NCBI RefSeq assembly: GCF_009914755.1
Contig: NC_060925.1
DNA: 64,000 bases
Origin: the human T2T-CHM13v2.0 reference genome, Homo sapiens
Reading direction: 5' to 3' (one strand)
The translations under genes and the position numbers were made by a program. Below the pieces are notes generated by a model, which was not told where the DNA came from, searched no databases, and worked only from the letters and a program-made list of their open reading frames with translations. Positions 1 through 12,224 of this stretch are shown here, piece by piece (positions within the stretch are counted from its first letter, which is position 1; each line of letters starts with the position of its first letter).

Positions 1-2365
1 GTCTGATGAGGTTTTCTTTATAGGTGATTTGACACCTCTCTCTAACTGCCTTTAAGATTTTTTTCTTTCAAATTGACCTTAGTCTGATAACTATATGCCT
101 TGGTGATGTTCATCTTATATAGTATTTTCTAGGTGTTGTTTGAATTTCTTGTATCTGGGTGTCTACATGTGTAGCAAGATCAGGGAAATTTTCCTAAATT
201 ATTCCCTCAAATATGTTTTCCAAATTTTTTACTTCTTTTTCTTCCTCAGGAATGCCTATCAGTTGTAGGGTTAGTCACCTCACATAATCGTATATTTCTC
301 AAAGGGTTTATCCAGTTTTTAGAATTCTTTTTAAAATCTTTTTATTTAACTGAGTTAATTTGAAAGACTGGTCCTTAAGCCTTGAAATTCTCTCTTCTGC
401 TTTGTGTAGTCTATTATTAAAGGTTTCAACTGTATTTTGAAATTCCTTCATTGAATTTTTTATTTCCAGAAGTTTTTTTTTTACTTTTTTAAAAAAGCAA
501 AACAAAACAAAACAAAACAAAAAACACACATCTATCTTGTCTTTCATATCCTGAATTATTTTTCTGACCTGTGTTGTTTTCAACTTTCTCTTAGCACTTA
601 TTGAGCTTTCTTACAATCCATATTTTGAATTCTTTTTCTGTTGTTTCAGAATTTTTATTGTTTTTGATTAGGATTCATTGCCATGGAGCTAGTGTGATCC
701 TTTGGGGGTGTTGAAACATTCTGTCCTTTGGTACTGCCAGAAAGCTTGTGCTGATTCCTTCTCATCTGTAAAAGCTATCACTTTTTCTTTTTGAAATTTC
801 TATCATTTGGATGAGACTTGTAAATTTTTTATTCTTTTCTCTCTTGGGGGTATAACTGCAGTGTATGTTGTGTATGACCATTTGGCTACTGTTTTGGATG
901 CTTTCAGGGGGCCAAGCTCTGTATGGATTCCTTGGTTATAGATAGCTTTTTTATGGTAGCAGATCATATGATCTGACTCACTATCTTCCGTGGGGCTGGA
1001 AGTGCAGAGGTCTCAGAAAGCTTATCTTGTATGCTGACAGGTTTTTACTTGGTGATGCAGCTTGATATCTAATCCAGTAGGTGGTGCTTAAGAGTAAAAG
1101 CTGGCTCACTCTTGGGCACCCTGATGAAGAGTGGAAGCACCTACCCTGATGAAGGTGGCAGGGGGAATTTACGGTGGGATTTACTGAGGTCTCAGGTGGC
1201 TGCACCAGCTCCCCATCCTAGGCAGGTAGGGATGCAATCCAGTTCCCTATCACCTCCCTGTCACAGAGTTTGTGACCTTCAGTTCACATTGACAGTGTCC
1301 TTTATCTCCAGGCTGCATTACGACTGAGGTTCACAGGAAATTCCCATCTGGCGGCTTACTGCAGAAATGATCTCTGGGCGGAACCTCTTCCCCCAGCCCA
1401 GAATAGATAGCTCTGTGGCTGGTCCACTCTCTGTTCCAGGGACATTGCAGCTATATGTTGGGAAGGAAAGATGAGCCATACCCTTGTGTGAACCTGTGCA
1501 GCAGGGACACTTTCAGCAGGGATGCAGATGCTGAGAATAGCACTGGAAAGGCTGTCTCTAAGTGCATGTACAACAGCCCCCAGTTGTGTGGGAGGTGGGG
1601 AGGGGCAGTAGGAGGTGACCCCCTCTCTACATTTGTTCCTAGCCACTGGTGCTGCCTATCAACTGGGGTGCCACTGTCCCCCACCTTCAGAGATCACCAT
1701 TTCCTTTGTTCCAAGGGGTGCTTTGGTGCCCCTTCCCCTAGGGGCAGCTCATGCTGAGGGCTAGATCTCCAGGGATCCTGTAGTTCACCAAGAACCTACC
1801 GATCCTCTGTGGCTGCCAGAATCAGAGCAGATTCTGGGTTATGTTTATGGGGTATTTGGTGATGCAGCAATACAAGGGCTGAGAATCCCTGGGCCCGGTA
1901 ATGGTCCACAATAGATGCACAACCACTTTGGTGCCAGCTGCCTCTGTTTGGATTTGGGGTGAGTGTGAGTGCACCTGCACAAATTTGCTTCCCGGTGCTC
2001 TGTCCCCAGGAAGTTCCTAAATTGCCACAGGGTTGCCCAGGGTGACAAGGGCAGAGGGGCTCTCCAACAATTCCAGCAGTCAGCGTTTGTTGCAGGGGTG
2101 AGGGGAGCAAAGAAATACCCACACCTACCCTTTTCATGGGACTCCAGGTTTCTTGGGGGTCTATCTCTGCCAGACTTTTGCTGCCTTCATTCTCTGCACT
2201 CCAGCTTCTTCTCATGAGTTCTCTGATAGGTTTCAGCACTCTTCCCTTAGAGTCCTGATAGGTTTCAGTACTCTTTCCACATGGGCCATGACTATACACT
2301 TGTAACTTTGATCTTCTTTCTGAGGAGAGCTGGCATTCGATGTCTTTAGTCAGTCATCTTGAAAA
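1..2365 (-). mobile_element. Old L1 (L1M/L1PB/L1MA-type): 5' UTR and decayed ORF1, running off the window start
   Basis: ORF 308..583(-) contains an L1 ORF1p coiled-coil-like stretch (LLEIKNSMKEFQNTVETFNNRLHKAEERISRLKD). GC-richer 5'UTR-like region at ~900-2360. Reverse complement at 2361 reads CAAGATGACTGACT, like L1 5' termini. Confidence 0.85.
498..523 (+). repeat. (CAAAA)n microsatellite inside L1 ORF1
   Basis: caaaacaaaacaaaacaaaacaaaa seen directly. Confidence 0.95.
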
Positions 2366-2399
2366 ACAGCATCAAAAACAAAACAAAAAACTAATAGTA

Positions 2400-3460
2400 G
2401 GTCTTGAATTTTCATTAGAAATAATGCAAACCAGAAGACAATGAAACAATATAAAGTTCTGAAAAAAAAATCTGGCAACCTAAAGTTCTACTTATAGTAA
2501 AAATATTCATCAGAAATAAAGTGAAATAATGATATCTCAGGTAAACAGAATCTGAGAGAATTTAATTATTAACAGATCTGAACTATAATGTGAAGCCTTT
2601 CAAGTAGGAGAAAAAAGATAAAAGCTGGCAACATGAATCTATAAAAAAGGAATTGAAGTCCTAGAAATGGTAAATGTTTAAGAAAATAAAAATGACATGT
2701 TTTTTCTTAATTGAAAAACATAATTGACTTAGAATAAGAGTTACAGCAAGACTAATGTTTTCTGGGTTTATAACGTATGTAAAATAAAATGGATGACAAC
2801 AGCACAAAGAACTGGAACACTTGTACATTGTGAGTGTGAATATAAAATGGTACAAACACTTTGGAAATTTGTTTAGCAGTAACTTATGATGTTAAACATA
2901 TATTTTGCTCCTCATTATTTACCTGAAAGAAATGAAAATATATGCTTCACAAAAACATTAATGCACAAATGTTTATAGATGCCTTTTTCATTTAGAACAA
3001 ATGTGCATAGTAGCCATACAATGGAAACAAACCAAATATCAACTGGTGAATGATAAACATATTGTATTATATTCATGCAATGAAATGCAACTCAGGCCTA
3101 AAGGAATAAACTACTCATACATGAAACGACCTGGGTAAATCTCCAAAATATTATGCTGAGTGGAATAAGGTAGAGACAAAAGAATAAATTCTGTAACTTC
3201 CATTTATGTGAAATTTTGGAAGAGAAAAAAACTAATCAATATTAACAGAAAGTAGATTAGAGTTACGTGAGGCCAAAGTTTGTAGATTAACTACAAAGGG
3301 GTCTTGGATGAACATTTGGGGTGATGGAAATGCTGTATATCTTGAATGTTGTAGTGGTTAAATGGGTATATACATATGTCAAAAATCACCAAACTGTATA
3401 GTTAAAATGAATTCTTTTTATGGCATGCAAATTATAACCAATGAAGTTTATTTTTAAAAA
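2400..3460 (+). mobile_element. Ancient L1 (L1ME-type): ORF1 3' remnant joined to the 3' end
   Basis: 'aatgcaaaccagaagacaatg...aaatattcatcagaaataaagtgaaat' (ORF1 C-terminal region), then 'aaaatggtacaaacactttggaaa...ttggggtgatggaaatgctgtatatcttga' (L1ME 3' end). Confidence 0.7.
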
Positions 3461-3919
3461 ACTAATAGATAACAATAGAAAAATCAAACGTTTCTATTTA
3501 ATGAATGATTTTCTTTAGAACAAGTTAATGTTATAAAATAGTTGATATAGAAGCTTTACATTTAAAGGTTAAATGAGAAACTTTGTGTTCCATCAGCATT
3601 CTTGTCTTTTTCATTAATAGATTTGTCTGAAATGACTCATATTCTGACCTAGTTGTATACCTCTGATTTTCTCATTTGATAAATGATTTTCTGATTTATA
3701 AAGGAATATTTAAGTCAAAGCTGCAAAATAAATTTAATTATTACATTTTCCTTTTTTTGATCGATGAGAACTTTATTCATTGATTCACTTTCTAAATATT
3801 TGAACAAGGCAGCCAACCTAGGCTTTGAAATCAGCCAATTAGACCTGGGTTCTAATCATGGCCAGTTATTACTTGCATGACGTTGGGTACCTCAGTCTTT
3901 TGTTGCTGTTGTTCTGCAC

Positions 3920-4380
3920 TATGGAGTCAATAGGCAGCAGAATTAATAAGTCATAAAGAAAAAGGCACAGTCACTGCCTTTAAAAAGGTTACGCTTGGAG
4001 AGAAAGGCAGAGAAACAATTGTGAAATATTTTGGTCATTGTCAGGATGAAAGAATATATGTGGGCAGTGGAAGCTCCGTGAAGGGCCATTTTAATCTTAA
4101 GGTATTGGAGAAGGTATCAGAAGTTCATATTTAAGTTCAGAGTTGAAGAATGACTAGGAACTCACCTAGTTGACAAGCAGGCAGAGGCCATTTTAGGTAA
4201 AGGAAGCTGAAGTGCAAATGGAACAAGGCTTGAGAAGCATGATGTTTTCATGTTGTAGGGGTATAAATCAAAGGGTTGTGGGTAAAAGCAGGGGGAGATG
4301 AAGCAGCACAGGCAAACACACACCATATCATGGACGTCATTGCATTCTATCTGTTTGAGGGCTTTATAGGATAGGGGGCT
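3920..4380. mobile_element. Degraded L2 fragment, preceded by a MIR-like piece at ~3800-3900
   Basis: L2-like purine-rich motifs ('ggcacagtcactgccttt', 'gagttgaagaatgactagga'). Confidence 0.5.
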
Positions 4381-4959
4381 AATTCATAGAAATTTTATCT
4401 TACTTATCTGGATGCAGAGATAATCAGACAGGAATCACAATGCTGACCAACACAGTAGGCTATTTTTCTTTGTGTAAATCTGCCAGTTCTAGTAAAAGCT
4501 TCTACTAGGTTGTTTAAAGTTGTAGTTAATTGTTATAATTTATATTAAATGGTGCTAATATTTTATCGACATATCTACTTTTCCTTTCAATGTGTGATTT
4601 TAGAATTTTCTATATTGTTGGATGAGCTGATTCCATTTGTCGCTTCATTGAGAATAAAGTTTGCCAATTTCGAAATGATAGTTCATGGAAAAAAATGCAG
4701 TCTTATAAATTGAAATATAATTTATAAATAACATATATACATAATAAAATCAAGTTCATGTTTAAAGGGCTTTGAAGCACCACCTTCCTCATATTTTCCC
4801 CACATATTTTAGAATTTAGTGACCAATAAATAAAAGAAGGTTAAATTAAGCCCATTTTATCTAATGTCCTAAATAAACAACAGGCTTAAACTCTGTTTTA
4901 AAATAAAACTCAGAAGGACAAGAAACCATTGATCAGGGCCATATCTAGAAACAAATCAT

Positions 4960-5480
4960 ATTCACCAAAGTTCAGTGCAGGAAGTAGAACACTATGTATT
5001 TCAAACAGTAAGGGGTATAAAATAGCGTATTAGAAACTTACATGCATTATTGGAAAGGTTGGAGAAGTAGGAGTTGGGAAGTGACTATTCAAGTAGTGAG
5101 TTTAAATATATATCACCATAACTTCAATCCAGGAGTCAGAAGGATGCTGCTATCTCAATCCTCACCACTGCAACTAATGCTGCCACCTGACACACATAAA
5201 GCCGAAGACCAGACACTGAGAAGCTGAGTCCAGCCACCACAACTGCCTCTGCTCCATAATCATGATTGTCAGCACCCATTAACAGGAAGTTGCTCTCTAA
5301 TTCTCTTCCACCTTCCAGACCCCAGAGAGTGCACCTAATTGATACCTAATTGGCAGAAATTAATTTGCATTTATAGTTCTAGCTACAACGATATCTGAGG
5401 AATGCAGATTGTAGTTTTCCTTCCCCTAGGGGAAAGTGCATAAAAAAGAAAACAGACAAAAATGAATCCTGAGGACCTAT
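4960..5480. mobile_element. Old ERVL-class LTR (LTR33-like)
   Basis: 'cagtgcaggaagtagaacactatgtatttcaaac' and 'aattggcagaa...ctagctacaa...gaggaatgcag...tagttt' resemble old ERVL LTR motifs. Confidence 0.4.
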
Positions 5481-5634
5481 TAGACCATAGCCAACACCTC
5501 CTTTAATCTTTAGAATTTTATATCATTGTGAAAAAATGTGATGCTTTAATATTGAAATGGAACATAATACAAAGAAGCATGGTGTTGGAGACTGATGTCC
5601 TACAGTGAACTACAAAGTAATATCTCCATTAAAG

Positions 5635-5750
5635 TACGTGTGAGCTCCTTGGGGGCAGGGTTACTATCTTATTGATCTCTGTATTTTTAATCTGATTAAA
5701 AAATACTTGATGTAAGGTGCACATTCAATAACAATTTATTGAATAAATAA
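5635..5750 (+). mobile_element. L2 3' end
   Basis: 'tgtgagctccttgggggcaggg...ttcaataacaatttattgaataaataa', the typical L2 terminus. Confidence 0.7.
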
Positions 5751-5829
5751 GTCAAATAGAATACATTACTCCAACACAGCTGACCAAGGCTGTTCATTTA
5801 TTTATTAACGTTAGAACTTCAACTACTCA

Positions 5830-6120
5830 GGCTAAGTGCAGTGGCTCACATCTGTAATCTCAGCATTTTGGGAGACTGAGACAGGAGGTTTGTTTGAAGC
5901 CAGGAGTTTGAGACAAGTCTGTGTAACATAGTGAGACCCCATCTCTAGAAAAATAAAAAAATTTAGCCAGGCTTGGTGGCATGCCTCCCAAGTAGCTGGT
6001 GTCATCTCAGCTACTGGGAGGCTGAGGCAGGAGTTGTACTTGAGGCCAGGAGTTTGAGGCTGCAGTGAGCTATGATCATGCCACTGCCCTCCGGCCTGGG
6101 CAACAGAGAAAGACAGAAAA
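5830..6120 (+). mobile_element. AluJ
   Basis: Full dimer 'ggctaagtgcagtggctcac...gaggctgcagtgagctatgatcatgccactg' with J-type diagnostics and high divergence. Confidence 0.95.
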
Positions 6121-6249
6121 AGAATTTCAAATGTCATAGTTCAAGTAAATAAACTTTTTTTTGCCATTTTCCCTCCAACTTACATATATGTAATCTATAC
6201 ACATGTATATGTATATATATATACATACACATACATACACCATTGGACA

Positions 6250-6770
6250 GTTAGTTACTAATATTTTGCTGCATTTATCTTCTAAGAATAGAATATTCTT
6301 CAACAGAAATAAATTTCAGTTATCAAATTTAGGAAATTGAACTTTGATATAGCACTATTATTTAATATACTGTCTATATTCAGATTTTACCTTTTGTTTT
6401 AAAACCTAGGATTTGATAAAAGGATCATATATCATATTTAGTTGTCATTTCCCTTTAGTCTCCTTTAATTTAGAAGGTCTCCAGTCATTATTTATTTACC
6501 TATATATCTATCTGTCTATATCAATTTATTTTCATCTTTCATAACATGGTACTTTTTTTAGTCTAGGTTAGATATTTTGCAAAATATCCTTTAGTTTGCA
6601 TTAGTTTGACTGTTTCTTCATAATTAGAGTCAGGTTTACACTTTTTTACATTATGGTCGGTAGTACTTTGTAGGTGATGTTGTGTTTTCAGTGCGTGACA
6701 TCAAGAAGCATTGATGTCAGTTTGTCCTGTTATCAGTGGTGTTATGTTTGATCATTTAGTTAATGATTAT
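6250..6770 (-). mobile_element. L1MC-type 3' end
   Basis: 'aaatttaggaaattgaactttgatat...ggatcatatatcatatttagttgtcat...ttagtctcctttaat' resembles the L1MC4/5 3' UTR (antisense). Confidence 0.65.
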
Positions 6771-6907
6771 TAGTAATTTTATTTTGAGGCCTGCATACTG
6801 TCCTTAATATAGGTGTACTGTCCTTGTGCCAAATGTCTCCTAGCTTCTAGAGGCTTATCTATACAAAAGGGATATGTTTTAAATTATTTCTCAGCAATAT
6901 TAGAAAG

Positions 6908-7302
6908 TGTTAGGGAAAAAACCTTATATAAGATAATTTTGACAATTTTTATTTGAGCAAAAAATAAGTCATGAATTGGGCAGCACTCAAAACCATAAGA
7001 GGTACCAAGAGCTCTGCTCTAGCAGCATGATCAGCAAGACTTTACCAGTTGAACATGGAAGTAAAATGAAATTACTTGATTTGATTGGAGCTAGATATTT
7101 GCCTTATTTGGGCGTGGTGTGATGGAGGTCCCTAGTTATATAGCCAATTGGCTGATTAGCTGTCTGTGATTGACTAAAGATCAATGCAAAATTAATCAGT
7201 TACAAGGAATGCCTCTAAATTAAGTTTCTGTTTGCTTGTGGAAGAGTTCCGTTTACAGAAACAACCCCAGGCTAACAGCATCCTGCTTATCTTGCTTTAA
7301 CA
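6908..7302. mobile_element. Solo ERV1-class LTR (MER31/MER67-like)
   Basis: Termini TGTTA...TTAACA, ~395 bp; internal 'tttatttgagcaaa...tgaattgggcagc'. Confidence 0.55.
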
Positions 7303-8549
7303 GAGATAAATAGAGAATGTTTCTCATCAGCTATTTTCTCTAAGGAGTTTGGCACCCACTTATTATACTACTGTAAGTCTTATAAATTCAACAGATAGGA
7401 GATTGAATAAAGCAGAAAACACTAATGTGAGTATGAAAGTTCTGAGCAATGCCATGAAAATTATCTCTGTAAACAGACTCTCAAGTAGAGGTGAACCTTC
7501 CTGGAAGCTTGTTTCTTTACTTCGGACTCTGCTCTTTGCCTCAATATTTAAATTGAAGTGGTGATCTGCACAGAATTTCCAGATCCAAGCCAGGAAATAG
7601 CCAAGGTCTGCAGCATTTCCCACTCACAGGACTTATCTCTAAATACTCTGATTGTCTTAATCCAGAATTCAGTTTGGATTTGTATTTTTTCCTTTTTTTG
7701 AACATTTTTGGAAAATAGGTCTCTTTACTAGTGGGAAAAAGATGCTTCTCTGAGATTTACTATCATACATATAACCCAGTGAACTAGAAGCATTTGTGGA
7801 ATGCTGTAGAGGTAGAGACTAGCTTTGTCACAGATGGAAATTTCACTTCAAAGAGGAAGATTGATATAAATTTTTCTTTTTCCCAGATACAGTAGTCAGA
7901 TTTTCCTGACTGTGTTTACAGAATGACTTTGATTAAGAATGCAGTTTGTGAGGAAAACTTAAATATATAGAGCAAATATTAGCAGAAGTGAAGGGAGAAA
8001 TAGACAGCAATATAATAATAGTAGGAGACTTCAGTACTCCACTCTCAACAATTGATAGATCATCCAAACAGAAAATTGATAACAGAACAGTGGGCTTGAA
8101 CAACACTATAGACTCAAATGGACCTAAAAGACAAACACAGAACATTCCATCAGTAGCAGAATACGCATTCTATTCAAGCTCACATGGAACATTCTCCAGT
8201 ACAGATCATAGGTTAGTTCACAAAACAAGTCTTAACAAATTTAAGAAGATTGAAATCATATCAAGTATCTTTTCCAACCACAATGATATAAGGTTAGAAA
8301 CCAATAATAGGAGAAAAATTGGGAAATTCACAAATATGTGGAAATTAAACAACACACTCCTGAACAACCAAGAAGAAATCAAAAGGGAAATTTTAAATAT
8401 TTTTCAGATAAGTGAAAATGGAAACACAACTTAGCAAAATGTATCAGATACAGCAAAAGCAGTTCTAAGAGGTAAGTTTATAGTTATAAACACCTACATC
8501 AAGAATGAAGAAATATCTCAAAAAACCTAATTTTATATCTCAACAAAAT

Positions 8550-8588
8550 GGATGAGATTGGGTATGTCCAGCATGTATGGCTGTATAC
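8550..8588 (-). pseudogene. 5S rRNA 5'-fragment retropseudogene (nt ~1-40, no poly(A) tail)
   Basis: Reverse complement GTATACAGCCATACATGCTGGACATACCCAATCTCATCC aligns by hand to the 5S 5' end GTCTACGGCCATACCACCCTGAACGCGCCCGATCTCGTCT (28/40 identical; 6 of 11 mismatches at CpG). Flanked by caacaaaat / caataaaat. Confidence 0.75.
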
Positions 8589-9149
8589 CAATAAAATAGA
8601 AAAGAAAGAACAAACTAAGCCCAGGGTTAGTAAAAGGAAGGAAATAATAAAAATAAAAATCAAAGCAGAAATAAAGACTAGAAAAACAATAGGAAGGATC
8701 AATGATGTTTTGAAAAATTAAAAAATGGACAAATATTTAGCTAGACTAAGAAAAAACAAAGAAAACTCAAATAAACATAATAAATGAGAAAGTAGACATA
8801 CAACTGACACCACAGAAATACAAAGGATCATAAGATACTACTAAGAACAATTACACACCAACAAATTGTATAACTTAGAAGAAATGAGTAAGTCATAGAA
8901 ACATACAGACTACCAAGACTGAATCATAGATTAAAAAAATAGACAATCTGAATAGGACAATAATGACTATGGAGATTGAATCAGCAATCAAAAACCTTCC
9001 AACAAAGAATTGTTAGGGTCATGCTGACCTCATAAATAAGTTTGGAAGTCCTCCTCTTCAATTTTTTGGAAAAGTTTGAGAAGGATTGGTGTTAATTTTG
9101 TAAATATTTGGTAGAATCTGATGAACTTCAGGTTGCCAGCATTACCCTG

Positions 9150-9886
9150 TGTATTAGTCCGTTCTCAGGCTGCTATGAAGAAGTACCTAAGACTGGGTAA
9201 TTTACAAGGAAAAGAGGTTTAATTGACCCACAGTTCTGCATGAATGGTGTATTAGTCAGTTCTTATGCTGCCAATAAAGACATACCTGAAACCAGGTAAT
9301 TTATAAAGGAAAGAGGTTTAATGGACTCACATTTCCACATGGCTGGGGAGGCCTCACAATCATGGCAGAAGGCAAAAGAGAAGCAAAAGCACGTCTTACA
9401 TGGCAGCAAACAAGAGGGCTTCTGCAGGGGAAGTCCCATTTATAAAACCATCAGCTCTTGTGAGACTTATTCACTATCACGAGAACAGTATGGGAAAGAC
9501 CCATCCCCTGATTCAATTACCTCTTATCAGGTCCCTCCCACTACACGTGGGAATTAAGGGAGTTAACAATTCAAATCTAAAGGTGAAATTTGGGTGGGGA
9601 TATACCCAAACTATATCAGCTGAGAAGGCCTCAGGAAACTTACAGTCATGGCAGAAGGCATCTATCTCTTAACAGAGCAGCAGGAGAGAGAATGAGTGCA
9701 AGCAGAGGAATTGCCAGATGCTTATAAAATCATCATATCTCATGAGGCTCACTCATTATCATGAGAACAGCATGAGGGAACCACCTCCATGCTCCAATTA
9801 CCTCCACCTGGCCCCGCCCTTGATGCATGGGGATTATTACAATGTAAGGTGAGATTCGGGTGGGGACACAGAGCCAAACCATACCA
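9150..9886 (-). mobile_element. MaLR LTR (THE1D/MSTA-like), split by a second THE1
   Basis: Termini tgtattagtcc...ccaaaccatacca; perfect 5-bp TSD CCCTG at 9145-9149 and 9887-9891. Confidence 0.92.
9248..9618 (-). mobile_element. THE1 (B/C-like) solo LTR nested in the previous LTR
   Basis: Complete LTR tgtattagtc...cccaaactatatca; the host LTR resumes at 9619. Confidence 0.92.
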
Positions 9887-10769
9887 CCCTGATACCAAAG
9901 CCAGACAAAGACACTACAAAAAACGAAAATTACAGGCTAACATTTCCGTTAAATATAGATGCAAAAATCTCCAACAAAATACTGGCAAACTGATTTCAAC
10001 AGCACATTATCGAAAGGTTCATACACCATGATGAAGTGGGATTTATCCCTGGGATGCAAGGATGATTCAACATACGTAAATCAATGAATATAATACATTA
10101 CATTAACAGAATGAAGAATAACAATTATATGATTATCTCAATAAATGCAGAAAAAGCATCTGACAAAATTTAACAACCTTTCATAGTAACAATTCTCAAC
10201 AAAATAGAAGGAAAGTACTTCAATGCAATAAAGCCATATATGACAAACCCAAATCTAACAGGTTTGTGACAACATGAATGTACCTGCAAGATGTTATGCT
10301 AAGTGAAATAAGCCAGGCACAGAAAGACAAATACTGCGTGGTTTCACTTTTAAATGGAATCTAAAAAATGTGAAATTCACAGAAGCAGACTGTAGAATGG
10401 TGATTGCCAGGGGCTGGGGGGTGGGGAAAATGAGGAGATGTTGGTCAAAGGGTGCAAAATTTCAGTTAGGCAGGATGAGTAAGTTTTAAGATCTCATGTA
10501 CCCCCTGGTGATGATAGTTAATAATCTGCTATATAACTGCACTTTAAATTTGCCGGGAAAGCAGATCTTAAATGTTCTCAGCACACACACACAAATAATA
10601 ATCATTTGAGGTACTGGGTATGTTAATTAGCTTGATTGTGATTATAATTTTACAATGTATACACATATCAAAACATCACATTGTGCATCATAAATATATA
10701 CAATTTTAATCTGTCAATGGTGCCTAAACAAAGCTGGGGGAAAAGATAGTGAGACTAGTGGACTACATA

Positions 10770-10950
10770 TAAATTTCTAGCTTTCCATCTTACTAGTGGT
10801 GAGCCTGAGCTTCCTCATCTGTAAAATGGAGATAATATATACTTTCCTCATGGATTATGAAGATTAATTAGGTGACGTTCTTAAGGTGTGAAGACACTTC
10901 TAATAATAGTGTCAGGCATGTGGATACCAAGAATACAGTAAGAATATTAT
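10770..10950 (+). mobile_element. MIR
   Basis: MIR core 'ttcctcatctgtaaaatggagataat'. Confidence 0.8.
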
Positions 10951-11527
10951 TATCAAAATCACCTTCAATTTAGATATCATTTCCCAAGAATGTGGATGGG
11001 GGCATGTCCAGCCTTTGATAACTCAAGCTTCTAATTTGAAGATGTTACTAGTGATATTAGAAAAGCCAGTGATGATTTTTGGGAAGCAGAATGTGATTGT
11101 TTAGGGGAAAGATTAGTGGACTGTGGAATCTGACAATATGAGTTACGATCTTTACCAATGATGTCTGTGGGCATGTTATTTAACTCTCAGCCTCCGTTTC
11201 CTGATATCTGTAATTTGTAGGCTTTTTATGAAGATTTGAACAAATGCATAAAAAGGTAAGAAGGACAACTTCTATGGCTCTGGGTTTTTCTCTTCACAGG
11301 GTAATAAAACTTAAGACCCCCCCGAGTCTCCTGACTCTTCAGACTCTCACGTCCTCCCTGGAAAAGGATTATACAGGGCTGCTCCCCACCTCTGTCTTAT
11401 ACTCAGCCCTGTAACAACTCTGGAAAGACAAAAAAAAAATGACTTATATAGGATAGCACCGAACAGATCTTTAGATCTTTCTGTTTCACTTGATTTCCTA
11501 TGAAATGATTGTCTTCTCTTGTTACTA

Positions 11528-11863
<336 letters not shown>

Positions 11864-11973
11864 TTAATTCAAATAGTACTTACAAGAAGTATTCAAGAGG
11901 AAAGTAAGATTCCAAGTTTGTTTCTCTGATTTCTGGGGCTGTGGTCAGCTCCTAGTTGTTCCGTGATCTCAGA

Positions 11974-11975
<2 letters not shown>

Positions 11976-12008
<33 letters not shown>
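11976..12008 (+). repeat. (CA)n microsatellite
   Basis: Uninterrupted CA run. Confidence 0.98.
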
Positions 12009-12011
<3 letters not shown>

Positions 12012-12224
12012 TTTTATTAGTTTTGTGAAAGTTAATTATATTACAGATCTGGATATTTAAATATTAGGATTCCTGGATGTTCAAGGATTTTTTTTATGAA
12101 GAATTATTTATAAGCAGATCCCTAATAAAATATTTTTCTGGATTTTTACCAAAGATGTAGATAAAAATCCACCATCTAAGTATTTATTAAGCATTTATGT
12201 ATTACAAAGGAATATTCTAAATTC

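Larger units (their letters stand above)
7955..10745 (+). mobile_element. L1MA-type element: ORF2 endonuclease region, internal deletion at ~10260, and 3' end; interrupted by a 5S fragment, a micro-inversion and nested MaLR LTRs
   Basis: ORF 7988..8434 is L1 ORF2 endonuclease (IIVGDFSTPLSTIDRSS; HGTFSSTDH). ORF2 resumes at 9887. 3' UTR 'gaaataagccaggcacagaaagacaaatactg...aaagctggggg'. Confidence 0.9.

Noticed and set aside
2223-2278. 24-bp direct repeat at 32-bp spacing
   Set aside because: A small duplication in an L1 5' UTR, where such repeats are common.
981-2299. Cluster of overlapping ORFs in GC-richer DNA
   Set aside because: Lies in an L1 5' UTR; no recognisable protein, and CpGs are too depleted for a CpG-island promoter.
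7988-8434. 148-aa endonuclease-like ORF as a host gene
   Set aside because: Decayed L1 ORF2 endonuclease region with a non-ATG start and premature stop.
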